Assembly (NCBI GenBank): GCA_043228905.1
Contig: JBHGNT010000022.1
Span: 1,116,001-1,180,000, forward strand
Direction of reading: 5' to 3'
DNA from: Azolla caroliniana
Lineage: Eukaryota; Plantae; Polypodiophyta
Length of the DNA stretch: 64,000 nt
This document shows, piece after piece, positions 27,297 through 40,600 of this stretch (its first letter is position 1; every line of letters begins with the position of its first letter). Below the pieces are notes generated by a model. It worked only from the letters and a program-made list of their open reading frames with translations, made no database searches and had not been told where the DNA came from. The position numbers and the translations under genes were made by a program.

Positions 27297-29923
27297 ATGA
27301 TTAGTATCCATGATCTATATACGGTGCTTAGTGCGATGGTGCCACTATACGCGGCCATGATCTTAGCCTATGCTTCAGTGAGATGGTGGAAGATCTTTAC
27401 CCCCGTGCAATGCTCGGGCATTAACCGATTCGTGGCGGTCTTCGCAGTCCCCCTCCTATCCTTCCACTTCATCTCAACCAACAATCCATACATGATGGAC
27501 GGCCCTTTCATACTCGCGGACACAATGTCGAAGCTCGCGATCCTCGTGCTCTTGTCCGCGTGGGTGCGATTCTCTCGCAACGGGAGCTTGGATTGGATGA
27601 TCACGCTCTTCGCGCTCGCGACACTTCCCAATACCCTCGTCATGGGCATACCGTTGCTCACGTCCATGTATGGTGCCTTCTACGGGAGCCTCATGGTGCA
27701 ACTCGTGGTCTTGCAATGTGTCGTGTGGTACACCTTGATGTTGTTCTTGTTTGAGTTCAGGTCCGCGAGGTTGCTCGTAATGGAGCAATTCCCCGAGACC
27801 GCGGCCTCCATCGTCTCATTCAAAGTGGAGTCGGACATTATGTCATTGGACGGGCGGGCCGAGCCCCTCGAGACCCATGCCAATGTCAGCGAGGACGGCA
27901 AGATAAGGGTCACTATCCGGAGATCCGTGTCGTCTCGCTCAGGGAGCCACACCGTGAATTTGGGTGCAGTGGCCTCGCCTGCCCGCCTCTCCGGATTGAC
28001 TTCTATGCCGTCTTCTAAGGCGATCACTCCGAGGCCCTCCAACCTCACTGGCGCAGAGATTTACTCGGTGTACTCTTCGCGCAACAACACGCCCCGCGAG
28101 TACAATGGCATGATGTCGAGCACCCGGGTGCTTAGCCCGAGGCAGTCTTTCACGGGCGGGGGGGCCTCGTCCGACATCTACTCGGGCCAATCCTCACGGG
28201 GCCCGACCCCGAGGGCCTCTAATTTCAACAGCAACGAGCCTTGGTCGGTGCCCGCCCTCACATCCTCGATCGCCCCCGGCACCGGCATTGGCACCGGTAA
28301 GTTGTCGCCCAAGGCGTCCCAAATCTCAAAGAAGATGGTACAAGAGCCCATCACGAATTCCCCAAGACTAGACGATGATGGGAAGGAGCTACACATGTTC
28401 GTCTGGAGCTCGACCACATCCCCGGTGTCCGAGGAGGCCACTGGACACATGCACATGTTTGGGGGGAGCACCGACTTCGGTTCGAATTATGAAGACGAGG
28501 CCGATCCCAAAGCCCCTGGTGCCAATGTCCAGCTCAAGGAGCTTCGGGTGCCAGCCCCACGCCCGAGCATGACCACGACCACAACCAATGAACAAGTTAC
28601 CGAGAATCCCTTTCACACCCCAACACAACCAGCTTCTGGCCCCTTCTATGTTGGTGAAGACTTTAGCTTCGGGAGCAAAGGGATTTATAAGTTCCCCGGG
28701 GACACATCCACGTCCCCCGTGGACAAGCCGAGGCCCAGCGTTTCTTCGTGCACCGACCATAATAAGCCCTCAAGCACCGACCCTTCCCGTGTGTCTCCCA
28801 AACTCCCCCGTGATGGATCCACGGGATTAAGACCCAAAGATATGCCCGCCACAACCGTCATGGTCAAGCTCATCCTACGAATGGTCGGACGGAAACTTCT
28901 TCGTAATCCCAACACGTATTCGAGTGTAGTCGGCCTCGTTTGGTCGCTCATCGCATTTAGGTGAGTGAATGTCACTGCATTGGTGGTGCTTGGTACATTG
29001 TGACCCTCTTCCCTCTTTGGATATTAAAGTTTTAGACATTATATTTTCCAATGACCATAAGGAAAGAAACTCAACTTCCCTTTGTGTTTGCATACAATGC
29101 CCAATGTTATCACAACGTTTCCACATGAGGCTCTCTATGGCATACCTACCTAGGTGTGGTTGCCGGTTACTTCCCATTAGATATCCTCATGTTCCCATAG
29201 AATGCTCAGTGTTAGGAGAGGTGCGGCTCCACATACCTAGATCGATGCGACACGGGGATCGAGCACCCAAGGGCTCCTAAGTCACAAAGTGTTGGAATCT
29301 ACATTGGGAAAATGGCTAAAACTTCTTTTGACACTTGCCACACCTAGGTACGGTATAGTATGCCTCACCTACAAATGTTTCTCATATTCGATGCGTATAT
29401 GAAACAATAACAAAGGGACCATAGTGGGGAAATGTTTAAAACTTCATCTCATGTTTATTTCTCCTATGAGCTAATTATGTGTCATTGGGCCCTTCCAGAT
29501 GGAACATCAGCATGCCGAAGATCATTCTCAATTCGATAAGTATTCTATCAGATGCTGGTTTGGGAATGGCTATGTTTAGTTTAGGCTTGTTTATGGCATT
29601 GCAACCCCGTCTCATAGCTTGTGGCACATCACTCGCAATATTTGCATTGGTTGTCCGGTTCTTGACGGGGCCTGCATTAATGGCAACTGCATCGATCAGT
29701 GTGGGGTTGAGAGGTGTGGATTTACGTGCAGCCATAGTACAGGTACCAAACCACAACCTCTTATGTTCATGTCTAGGTTAAAGCTAACCAAGTGAAGTAT
29801 GGGCTTTGTCTTCCTTATACAAGGCTACCATTTTCAATGCTCAAGTTGTGCATTTGCAAACCCATATCCTATTAGATTACATGCATTGTGAAATTTGAGA
29901 AAATGCCAACATTTTGGGAAGCC

Positions 29924-29955
<32 letters not shown>

Positions 29956-30594
29956 TAGCTTGCATGCACTTGGATAAGAAAAACTCTTGACATGTGAAAT
30001 TGTCAAGCTATATTTTATTATCTTGCATCCATGGTATACGAAAATTTTGGACAAGGATTTGTGCAAATATTTCAATTCTGCTCCATTAAATAATAAGTTC
30101 ACTAGTTTAACTCCATCATCTCGAAGCTTTAAACATTATGCTTTACCACACTAACCTAAATTATATGATAAGTTATATATTGTGTTTATGACTTTACAAA
30201 TGAGTATATGTGTAAAGCGAATGTGTTTTTGGACATATGGCACATATTCTCTTGGTTTTGCATCCTCCAAACACCAAATATTATTGATATAAAGTTAGTA
30301 AAATATATGTCAACTGATTAAATTCCAACCATTTTTAGGCAGCTCTTCCACAAGGCATTGTCCCCTTCGTATTTGCAAGGGAGTATGATCTACATCCTGA
30401 CATTTTGAGCACTGCGTAAGCCCACCCACTTGTGTCTCATTTATATTGAGTAGTTAAGACATACAATATTTACAATAAGAGAACCATATGGTGTACTCAA
30501 TAACATATTTTGTGTTGGGTTTTGCAGGGTTATCTTTGGGATGCTTGTGGCATTGCCTACAACGTTGTTGTATTATATTCTTCTGGGACTATGA
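27297..30594 (+). CDS. PIN: Canonical long PIN-FORMED auxin efflux carrier; exons 27297-28960, 29499-29742, 30339-30415, 30528-30594 (2052 nt, 683 aa)
   Basis: N-terminal TM block ([23 protein letters not shown]), loop motifs [21 protein letters not shown] and [14 protein letters not shown] motif, C-terminal [40 protein letters not shown]. All introns are GT-AG and the frame is intact. Confidence 0.97.
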
Positions 30595-32386
30595 TTAACA
30601 AAACAAAAAGTATTGTGTTCATGAGGGAACCAAACATGAAGTTGATGGTGATGTTGACGATGATAGTCTCGAAAAGGCAATGATTGATTGAGAGACGAGC
30701 ATTAAATGAGCACCCATAGAATGGATGAATGAAAAGAGATTTTTTTAAAGACTACGGGTCCGTCATTTGGGATCACTAATCTATAATGATACGTCATTTT
30801 ATAGTCTTGGTATAGATTCACGCCATCTTGTGATGGCCAATCACACATGTAGTCAAATGAGATAACCAAGAGTTGCTTTACACTAACTTGATAACATTGT
30901 ACTACCTCAAAAGCAACATCCTTCTAATCCCAATCTCGCCATTTGTCACATAACAGTATGTGCATTCGTAAGTTTGTATTTCTTTATCAATACTTATGAA
31001 CTTGCAAATTTATAGTGCCAGTCAACTACGCAAAATAGTAACTCAATACAATGTGCCATGCAAGTTTATATAAAATTCTAAAACTTGGAATCTAAATTAA
31101 ACTTTTGTTTAAAAAACATTATGCAAGTTGAAGTTTAAAGAAAGTAACCTTAAAGGTTATTTTCACTATGTTGGGAAATAGCAACCATCGATAAACGTAC
31201 AACCTCACAAAATAGCAACATTGCACACCTTGTAACTTGTAGCCTTCGAAATGTTTTTTAAGCTCTTCTACAAATAAATATGAGGAGTTTTAATCAGTTT
31301 TGTCTCACAAATTATTGGGCTTTGGTATAATAACTGATGTGCATAGTCAAACAAGTCACAACGTTTGCATATTGATTGTTTTGTGGTTGACAACAATGCA
31401 AGATTCTATTCTTTAAGCTTTGTTCAGCACAAATAACTCATTTTTTTGTGTTTTCCTTTTCTTTTGAACATTTCCCCTAAAACATGACTCTCAATTTTCA
31501 TTGAAAGCATAAAAGAAGATTAAAGGACCTTTATTGATTAGTCATCATGCGAATGAGAATATTAACATAGATCCTTAAATGCAAATTCCTACTTTTTATA
31601 TGGTGGAATCTTCTTCCACACTACCCCCGCTTGGTATCTTGACAACACCTTGGCATGCCTGTGGGATAAATTCTATGAAGTGGATGAACCCATCAAAACA
31701 ATTATCCATGTATAATTTTCCATTCAACCTACTCTTGCCATAGCATGGAGTTGTTCGGATGACAATAGAGGTAAGTTATCATCATATTCTTGAAAATTGA
31801 GATCGATATCATGTTAACATATACCAAATTCAAATGTTTAGGTGGCTTAGGTTAACTCTTTCGTCCACTTTAGGACTTGTGTCATATCTTCCTTCAACCT
31901 CTTGAGGAAAGTGTCCATCAAAGTTTATTTGACTTTAATTGCCCATAATCATTCCCTAATTATTGGATATTCTCTATGAGGAACTCTAACCATAGTATAT
32001 GTTCTCTATTACCAATATAGCATGGCGCGCTCCTCTTGAATTAATGGCGCAAGATCCCAAAAATTCTCTTGCAAATGAGCTAATTCCCGCTTAGACTCAA
32101 CATTTCACTAGCCATCATCTTCTACTTGCCTCTGCCAAGAAACATAACATTGTGACATTGAATATGGCGCTAGAGTCATGCTTAGTATCTAGTTCTCAAA
32201 TATTTATGGGACTTGTGGCAAAGTCATTAGCCATGCAAACAATGTATTTTATGACCAATCATAATTGTATGTTATTCTAGCAAGCCTAACTTGGGTCTCA
32301 TATACTTGTTAGCTTGTGGTTTGCAACTCATCCCTAAAGTCTTCAAATCACTAATGTGAGGCCATACTTCTCAAAGTGTTAGTGTG

Positions 32387-32776
32387 TGTTGACCGGTCAG
32401 AAGAGCAAGGACAAGTGGGAAGGCGGAGTCGGATCGGATAATAGGAAGTAAATAATAGTATAATTATTATTCGGAGGGACGGATCCGGTACAGTTGTACC
32501 GATCCGGATCCGGACCGATTCGGATGCCGGTTGCCTAAGCGCACCGATTGTAACCTTGCCGGATGCCTATAAAAGGATCCGATGATTTGTAAAGGCTTGA
32601 CGGAAGTAATACAAAAGTCATTATTGCGTGTTTATCTGTATCTTTGTATTGTTTTACCGTCTGTGCTTAATTGTAATCATCTTACACGTGTAACCTAGCA
32701 TCCAATCCTTACCACCCCTTTGGAGAAGTGTCGGATAGACACATGTGTTGAGGCTAGTCCGGCCAGGCAGACAACA
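32387..32776 (+). repeat. 5' LTR
   Basis: TGTTG..CAACA, repeated at 45118-45507. Confidence 0.95.
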
Positions 32777-32782
32777 CTATTT

Positions 32783-32792
32783 TGGCGACCAC
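32783..32792 (+). promoter_or_regulatory. PBS TGGCGACCAC (tRNA-Arg(UCG)-type)
   Basis: TGG motif 6 nt after the 5' LTR. The same 10-mer sits next to the LTR of the nested element (36014-36023, - strand). Confidence 0.8.
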
Positions 32793-33718
32793 GATTCCTG
32801 CAAAGTGCAGAGGACAACCGGGGATGGATGTCTAGACCAAACGACGACCACATCACCGAACGAGGGAGACGATACACCGAACGAGAGCAACGACAGGAAG
32901 CCCTGCAGCAAGCCGTCGACGAGATCCGGCGGGATCGGTCATTCTCCAGAACTCTTCGGAGAGTCGTAGAAGAGGCACTGCAGTTCCGGGTTCTGCAAGT
33001 CCCCGATGAAGGCAGTAGCATAACAAGCCTGCAAGAGGCGGAAACGATACTACAGACGCTCGCCGGTGGCGACGGGGACTCGGAAGCATTCGTAACACTT
33101 GAGGCGGAGTCGGAAAGCGACGGAAGCATTGCGTCCCGGTATAAAAGCAGCCACGACACACCAAACGACCCGGGGGAAGAGGGGTCGGAAGACTCAGTAA
33201 CACCGGAGCCAGAGGAAGAAATAACCTTGGAGTTCGGTGACCGGCAATCGCCGAGGGAGGCTGACCGGATACCGACAACACCCGTGAAGGAACCGAAGGA
33301 GCGGATACCGACAACACCCGCGGAGGAACCAAAGGACCGGACACCGGCAACACCCGCGGAGGAACTGAAGGAGCGGATACCGGCACCAACCGCGGAGGAA
33401 CCAAAGGTTCTCACACCAACGCCAACAGCGGACAGAGAGCGGAGAAAGTAGGAGAGTCAGTTGGACGACACGATGTCGTACCCATACCCAAAGTGTTATA
33501 CGTTTTAGGGTTAGGGTTAAGGACGATGAGGATTATCAATGACAAAGATAGACATGGCGTAATAGCGAAGATAATGGAGAGTATGATGGTAAGAGAGATT
33601 GGCATGAAGATGTTGAGAATCGTTGAGAAGCATTGTGGGGTGGGGGGCGGTGCCTAGAATGGCTCCACCCCCCTCCCAAGGGGGTTCAACATTGAGGGAG
33701 AGAGATAGGAAGAGAGAT

Positions 33719-33754
<36 letters not shown>

Positions 33755-34027
33755 GATTCCTTCCTCATTCATTCCCCATAAAGGGGTTAAATAGTACAAG
33801 AGGGGGTAGATACAAAGGGGTGTAAGCCCCCTAGAGCATTCATATTGGACACTCACTCACACCTCATCGTATCCCTCCACATGCACACACGTGTGCATGT
33901 GTTCACATACATATCGACTCACAATTACATTTATGTTCCCTACACATATACAACATCATCATGATAATATTCGACCCTCGCTCATCACACTTGACTCTCC
34001 GTACAACTCATACGGGGTAACACAATA

Positions 34028-34067
34028 TGGCACGCCCGTGGGAAAGTGCCTTGCACGTCGATCCCAC
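34028..34067 (+). promoter_or_regulatory. Second (antisense) PBS / tRNA-3'-end-like element of the nested element
   Basis: TGGCACGCCCGTGGGAAAGTGCCTTGCAC, 5 nt from the LTR. Identical over 29 nt to the reverse complement of 45087-45115. Confidence 0.8.
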
Positions 34068-36013
34068 ATGCCTTGATGATGATATCTCTTCGACCGGAAC
34101 TTCCATCGGTCCTTTCAACGATCGACTCCCTCGATCGGAGCGCTTGACTCGATCATCTCCATCGGTCAGCGACTTTTCCGCGACATTCTCATTCTCATTC
34201 TGTCGTCTTACGAACTTTGGTATCCTCTTTCGGGTCCTTAAAAATGTTGTGTGTATGTATGTTATTCTTTGTTGATTTTGTGAGTTGTCGTGGTCGATCA
34301 CGTCCATTTCTTTAGGTGGATGAGATTTCAAAATTTCATAGGTGCCCTTTGATTTTTAAAATTTTCTTATATACCCTCAGGTTTTTACAATTATGTTTGA
34401 TACCCTCATCTTTCTTTTTCTTCTTTCCTTCTCTTCTTTCCCTCTTCTTTTTCATTTCTGTTACTACTTCTTTCTTTCTTTCTCGCCTACTTTCTTCTTC
34501 CTTATTCTTTCTTCCCGTTCTTCCTTATTCTTCCGTCTATGCCTTTCTCTCTCTTCTTTCTGTTTCTCAGACTTCATCATCTTCTTCTTTCTCTTCTTCA
34601 TTCACCACTTCTATGTCCATTGTCCGTGGCTGTCACTCTGTGTGTTTGTATGGCCTTCTTTGTTCATCTCCGTCTCGGTCTTTATTTTTGTTTCTGTTTC
34701 CGTCTCTGGCTGCGGTTCTGTCGCCGTCGCAGTCAGTGTCCTCCGATGTTCGGATGTGGCTGTCCGGCCGCCACTTTCCGTTGTTGTTCTACCATCGTGT
34801 GGCGTCGTTGCCGTCTCTCGCGGCCCTGTCCAGCCATTCTCTGGGCTGGCATCTCTATCTGGCTATCTCTATTCCTTACTACCGTCGGTTGTCTAGCCGC
34901 CAGCACGTCGGTTGCTCCGGCCACTTTATTCAATCGTCGTCCGGATGACGTTCGACTGCCGTCTTGTTCGACCATTCCGGCCGCTCTCTGGCTTCTGTCG
35001 GTTGGTGATGACCGTTCTTGAAGCCCCTCTCGTCGTCGTCGGCCCTGTCCGGCCGGTCTGCAGTCGCGTGGCCGTCTGTTTTGGCTGAGCTCCGTCACTT
35101 GGCCACTCTTCAGTCGTCATCCGGTTGTCGTTCGGCTGCTGTCTGGCCGCTTCCGGCAATCTCCATCACCGTCGTTGTTTGGCGTCATCAGGTCCGGCCG
35201 CCTCCATTCTGACGCCATTCAACCACTGGGACCGTTCTTAGGTCGCTTTCTGATAGGTGCTCTGTCGCCTCTTGTTCTATCACCATCTCCGTATCACCGT
35301 CTTGGCCGTGGTTTAGTTGTGTCTTTTCGGCTCTTTTCGGTTGTGTCGCTTGAGTCTATTTTGCTTGCCTGTGTCAGTTTGCTCATAAAACACTAGAGAT
35401 TCATCTCTTCGAAATTCCTAAGATGGGAACATAGAATGATTGGGAGAATGCCATTCAAACAGAAATCCATAGTCTCTATAGTTTGGTAGTTCGTTCTGTC
35501 TTCTTCCTTAATCATGTTGCATCCTTTAGAATCTCTTTCATCGGTAAGATTCGAAATGGAGAAGACGCAAACCGAAACCCTAATGACACAACATCATAAT
35601 CATCGCAATCATTGTATTTTACTCCTGTTTCTTTGACCTTTTCCCCATCTCTTGCACACGGTCATTGCCATTGTTGTAGTCTCGCACAACGTCATCATTT
35701 CATCATCATCGTTGTTACACGCACATTTCTACCATTTCTCGCGTATTATTGTTGCATATTATTTCATAACTTCCTCTTGCACAACTTCATTGTGTTGCAT
35801 TCCTCGATGACTTCCCATCAACATCACCATTTCCTTCACATCATCATACCATCTCATTCCTCGACTTTGTCTCACATATTGTGACTGCCATTTGTTGCAC
35901 ATCGTCGATTAGATTCTTTGTACATCATTGTCACCATTATCGCACATTTCGTTGTCGCCATGTCTTTGCCGTATATTCATCTTCGACTTCATCTTCAAAG
36001 GGGGGTCGCCTTA

Positions 36014-36023
36014 GTGGTCGCCA
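36014..36023 (-). promoter_or_regulatory. PBS TGGCGACCAC of the nested element
   Basis: GTGGTCGCCA on the + strand, 5 nt before the LTR at 36029. Confidence 0.8.
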
Positions 36024-37639
36024 AAAGGTGTTATACGTTTTAGGGTTAGGGTTAAGGACGATGAGGATTATCAATGACAAAGATAGACATGGCGTAATAG
36101 CGAAGATAATGGAGAGTATGATGTTAAGAGAGATTGGCATGAAGATGTTGAGAATCGTTGAGAAGCATTGTGGGGTGGGGGGTGGTGCCTAGAATGGCTC
36201 CACCCCCCTCCCAAGGGGGTTCAACATTGAGGGAGAGAGATAGGAAGAGAGATGACGAGAGAGAGAGAGAGAGAGAGAGAGAAATGATTCCTTCCTCATT
36301 CATTCCCCATAAAGGGGTTAAATAGTACAAGAGGGGGTAGATACAAAGGGGTGTAAGCCCCCTAGAGCATTCATATTGGACACTCACTCACACCTCATCG
36401 TATCCCTCCACATGCACACACGTGTGCATGTGTTCACATACATATCGACTCACAATTACATTTATGTTCCCTACACATATACAACATCATCATGATAATA
36501 TTCGACCCTCGCTCATCACACTTGACTCTCCGTACAGCTCGTACGGGGTAACACAAAGTACCAGGATGAGCCCGACGCGGAGGCACACGTGTACGCATTC
36601 CTCCAAACATGGGAAGCCAACCATGTCTCCCAAAGACTGACGGAGCCCAAAGCCGAACGATCCAAAGTCGCCGAATTCGGCATGACCTTAGAAGGACCGG
36701 CGGCCCGATGGCACGCAAAGCACTTACCGGGCAGCTTTGCCACATTCGATGCCTTGAAGGCCAAATTCCTCAGGCTTTTTCACATACAAGTTGAGCAAAG
36801 GGAATTGGTCGGGCAGTTCTACACCACCCGGCAGGAAGAGAACAAAACTGTGCCATCAATTCATCATTCGGTTTCAGACCCTGCACAGCCAACTGACGAG
36901 AGCACCACTCGAAGACGAAGCCAAAGCAGTCTTTTTGGCCGCGCTGAAAGAGCCACTTCGAACAATGTGCGGAGTCCTTGATTTCCGCACCAGCACAATG
37001 GACCAAGTTATTGATCGGGTCTTAGAAATGGACAAGACTAGCTCCTTCTTGTCGATGGGGATGTTACACCGGGCACTCCCGAAGGAGGAAGACCTGAGGT
37101 TCCGACAGGCCTTACAATGCACAACATGCCTAAATTCGGGCCACTCAACGGTAGACTGCACCCTGCGGACACAATGTATGATCTGCAACTCTCGAGCCCA
37201 TACAACGGACCGATGCGAATATAACCTGTTAAATCGGCAGGCAGCACCGGTTCGACACATAGAATTGCGCAATCAGAACCCGGATGAGGATTGATTCCGG
37301 AGAGACGACCGCTACCAACGCGAACGCGGTAACAGATACGCTGATAGAAGACGCGATAACTATGACCGAGAGGAGAAACGCAGAGATAGCTACCCCCGGG
37401 ACCGGTACGACCAAGACGAATCCCCAGAATACGAACGACGCAGAGAAGAGAGGCGACAAGGGAACCGAAATTTCCGACGGAATCAGAAGCGTGGATTTTT
37501 CCGAAGAGAGGAACGTCGGGAGGCAGCAAGGAATGACAACCCGGTATCGGTACCAGATAACCGAAAAACCAAAGACGACCGCCGAAGTATACCCACCCTC
37601 CAAACCGGGGACAAAGGAGAAACGAGCAACAGTCACAAG

Positions 37640-40600
37640 GTGTATTGTTATTACTGTCGTAAGGAGGGCCATTATAGTAACCAATGCCCAAGCAAAACCA
37701 ATGACAAGCAGCCGGCAGTCAACATGGTTACAGCCAAAATAACAGAAGTACAGCAGGTCACAACCCGGTCAAAGGGAAAGACCGCCGAGTGGGAAGCCCA
37801 GGAGGCAATCAGAAAACAAGCGGCGCAATGGATCAAGGAGGCCAATGAACAGAATGCGGCAGAAGTAAGAGACCAAAATATGCCAAAAGACGAAGAAATC
37901 ATACAGCCAGGAGAAAACCCGACGTGGCAAGCGCTACAGGACTGTCAAATCGTGATGCCGTTAGCACGGCTACTACAGTTGGTGCCACGGTTTACGGCAG
38001 ACTTACAGGCATCCGTGAGCAAACTGAAGCCAACGCCAACACCGACATTCTTCTCCAACCCGGAGGAAGGACCAGCTGTGGTCGATACAAGTAGCCCGGC
38101 GATCACGGCAATTGTGAAAGGAAAGGAAATTGCTGGAACGATTATTGACAGAGGCTCCGGGGTAAATGTCATCAGCCGACAGACATGCGACAACCTGGGC
38201 ATCCGGGAATGGGAACCATGCCCCTTTTGGTTACGCATGGCGGACACCAGCTCAGTCCGACCGACCGGGCTTATCCGGGATTTGGAAGTAACAATCGGAG
38301 GCCACGTATTCCGGATATCGGCCGTGGTGCTGCAGCTGAATGTACAAGGTGCGTACCCCCTACTGCTAGGACGACCATGGCTGCGAACGGCGCATATCAA
38401 GCAGAACTGGCAAAAGAACATGATCACATTCCGGCGAGGGAAAACAAAGGTACGAGTAACGACGCAACCACGGGTGATCACCAGTAAGGAAGCAACTCCA
38501 TTGTATGCGGAAAGCATCAACATGTTGGAGGGATTACCGGACGAGGAAGTCGATCGGTACCTCGAGGAACACCCACGAATCGTCCCACTATTTGAGGTGG
38601 ATATCACAGCGGCAGTAGAACCGTACATCACGACGCCGGACGAACCGGACCAAGCGGCGATCCGGGAACTGCGACAAGCGCAGGAATCCCTAGAGAGGGA
38701 AATGACGATATCCCAGAGGGTAAAAGCATCCCAACTAGAGGAGGTGGACCTCGGCACAACAGACAAGCCCCGACCGGTAAATGTCGCAAAGGAATTGCCG
38801 AAGGAAGAAAAGAAGGCAATGGTAGCATTATTAACAGACTTCAAGGATGTGTTCGCGTGGTCGTACGAAGACATGCGAGGGCTGGACCCCCAGCTCTATC
38901 AGCACCAAATTCACCTAAGTACGGACGCGAAACCGATCGCTCAACGCAGGTACCGGATGAATCCGAATTATGCAGTGAAGGTGAAGGAGGAGATTGATAA
39001 GCTCCTCCGGGTCGGATTTATCCGACTGGTCAAGCAGGCAACCTGGCTGAGTCCGATAGTGGTGGTCCCGAAAAAGAACGGCAAAATCCGGGTATGCGTG
39101 GACTACCGCAAACTAAATGCCGCAACAATGACCGATGTGTTTCCACTACCATTTACGGACGGGGTGTTAGATGCGGTAGCCGGCCACGAAGTTTACAGCT
39201 TCCTGGATGGATTTAGCGGCTACAACCAAATACGAATGAACCCGGTCGACCAAGAGAAGACAACGTTCGTTACAGAATGGGGAGTGTTCGTCGCGGTCGT
39301 GATGATGTTCGGACTAAAGACGGCCCCAACGACCTTTCAAAGGATAATAATGGAAATTTTCGGGGAATATATCCCCGGTTTTATGCAGGTCTTCCTTGAC
39401 GATTTCGCGGTCTACAGCCGGCACGGAGAGCATCTCGATCACCTCCGGCTGTGGTTGGAGAAGTGCTGCGAGTACCGGTTGAGTCTGAACCCGGCCAAGT
39501 GCGTCTTTGGAGTGGCAAGCGGCAACTTACTAGGGCACGTGGTGAGTAAGGAAGGAATCGCGGTAAATCCGGATAAAGTAAAGGCGATTCTCGAGATACC
39601 AGCACCAAATAACGCAAAGGCTTTAAGCCGGTTCCTGGGCCAAATAAGGTGGCATAGCCGGATAATACGGCACCTCGCAGACTTCGCTACACCATTGCAT
39701 ACCGCCGTACACAGGGTACCCTTCCTATGGGCGGAGACGGAGGAGGAAGCCTACCAAGCGTTGAAGGTTATGTTGTCGCAAGCTCTGGTGGTGCAACCGC
39801 CGGATTGGAGTAAAAGCTTTCACGTCTTCGTCGACGCGTCGGACGTAGCAATCGGCAGCGTTCTGATGCAACTCACGAAGCCGAAATGGTACCGACCGGT
39901 GTACTACGCAAGCCGGAAACTCTCAAAAGCCGAACGGAACTACTCTACGACGGAACGCGAGGCATTAGGAATGGTGTATAGTGTCACAAAGTACAGGCAC
40001 TATCTGCTCGGAAGGAAGTTTTCCTTCCATGTCAACCATTCGGCACTACTCTACCTGGTCTCGAAGGCATCCCTGACGGGAAAAATTGCACGATGGACAT
40101 TGCTGTTACAGGAATTTGAATTCGACATTTTCCACCGACCCGGAGCGCAGCATGCGGTAGCGGACTACCTAAGCAGACTCGAATCCGGAGAAGCAGGGGA
40201 CGGCGTCCAGGATGAGTTCCCCGACGCCGAGTTGTTCCGGATCACGACGAAACCGGCAATGGATGCAACGGTAGCCGATGAAGACATGTGGCTAACTGAG
40301 ATGCATCAGTTCCTGAGCACCGGAGTATCCCCGGAGAACATGGACCGCGATGAAAGAAAAAGGGTAGCAGTAAGAAGCAGACATTTCTGCTTGGTTGGAG
40401 ACACCCTCTATTACAAGGGGGCAGATGGCATCTGGAGACGAGCAGTGCGGAGCGATGAGAAGGAACTAATCCTCAGGGAAGCCCACTGTGGAATTGCCGG
40501 CGGGCATTATGCCGGCGACGCAACCACTCGAAAAATATGGCAGAGCGGACTGTGGTGGCCCACCACCCTAAAAGATGCTGTGAAGTATAGCAGAGAATGC

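Larger units (their letters stand above)
33494..36553 (-). mobile_element. Non-autonomous LTR element (TRIM/LARD-like, 3.06 kb) with two opposed PBSs; TSD CAAAG
   Basis: LTRs 33494-34022 and 36029-36553 (TGTTA..TAACA, about 4 substitutions plus GA-length difference), TSD CAAAG at 33489-33493 and 36554-36558. The 2-kb interior has no recognisable retro-domain. Orientation is inferred from TATTTAA followed by (CT)n on the - strand and from PBS identity. Confidence 0.92.
32828..37700 (+). pseudogene. gag of the outer gypsy, split by the nested element
   Basis: MSRPNDD.., Pro/Glu repeats, MSYPYPK|insertion|YQDEPDAEAHVYAFLQTWEANH, three CCHC knuckles (CTTCLNSGHSTVDC, CMICNSRAHTTDRC, CYYCRKEGHYSNQC). 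Confidence 0.88.

Noticed and set aside
33503-33519. Telomere-like TTTAGGGTTAGGGTTA in the nested LTRs
   Set aside because: Only about two units; better explained as a telo-box in the LTR than as an interstitial telomere.
34316-35400. Several 110-210 aa ORFs inside the non-autonomous element
   Set aside because: Low-complexity Phe/Ser/Leu products of a pyrimidine-rich tract, with no recognisable domains.
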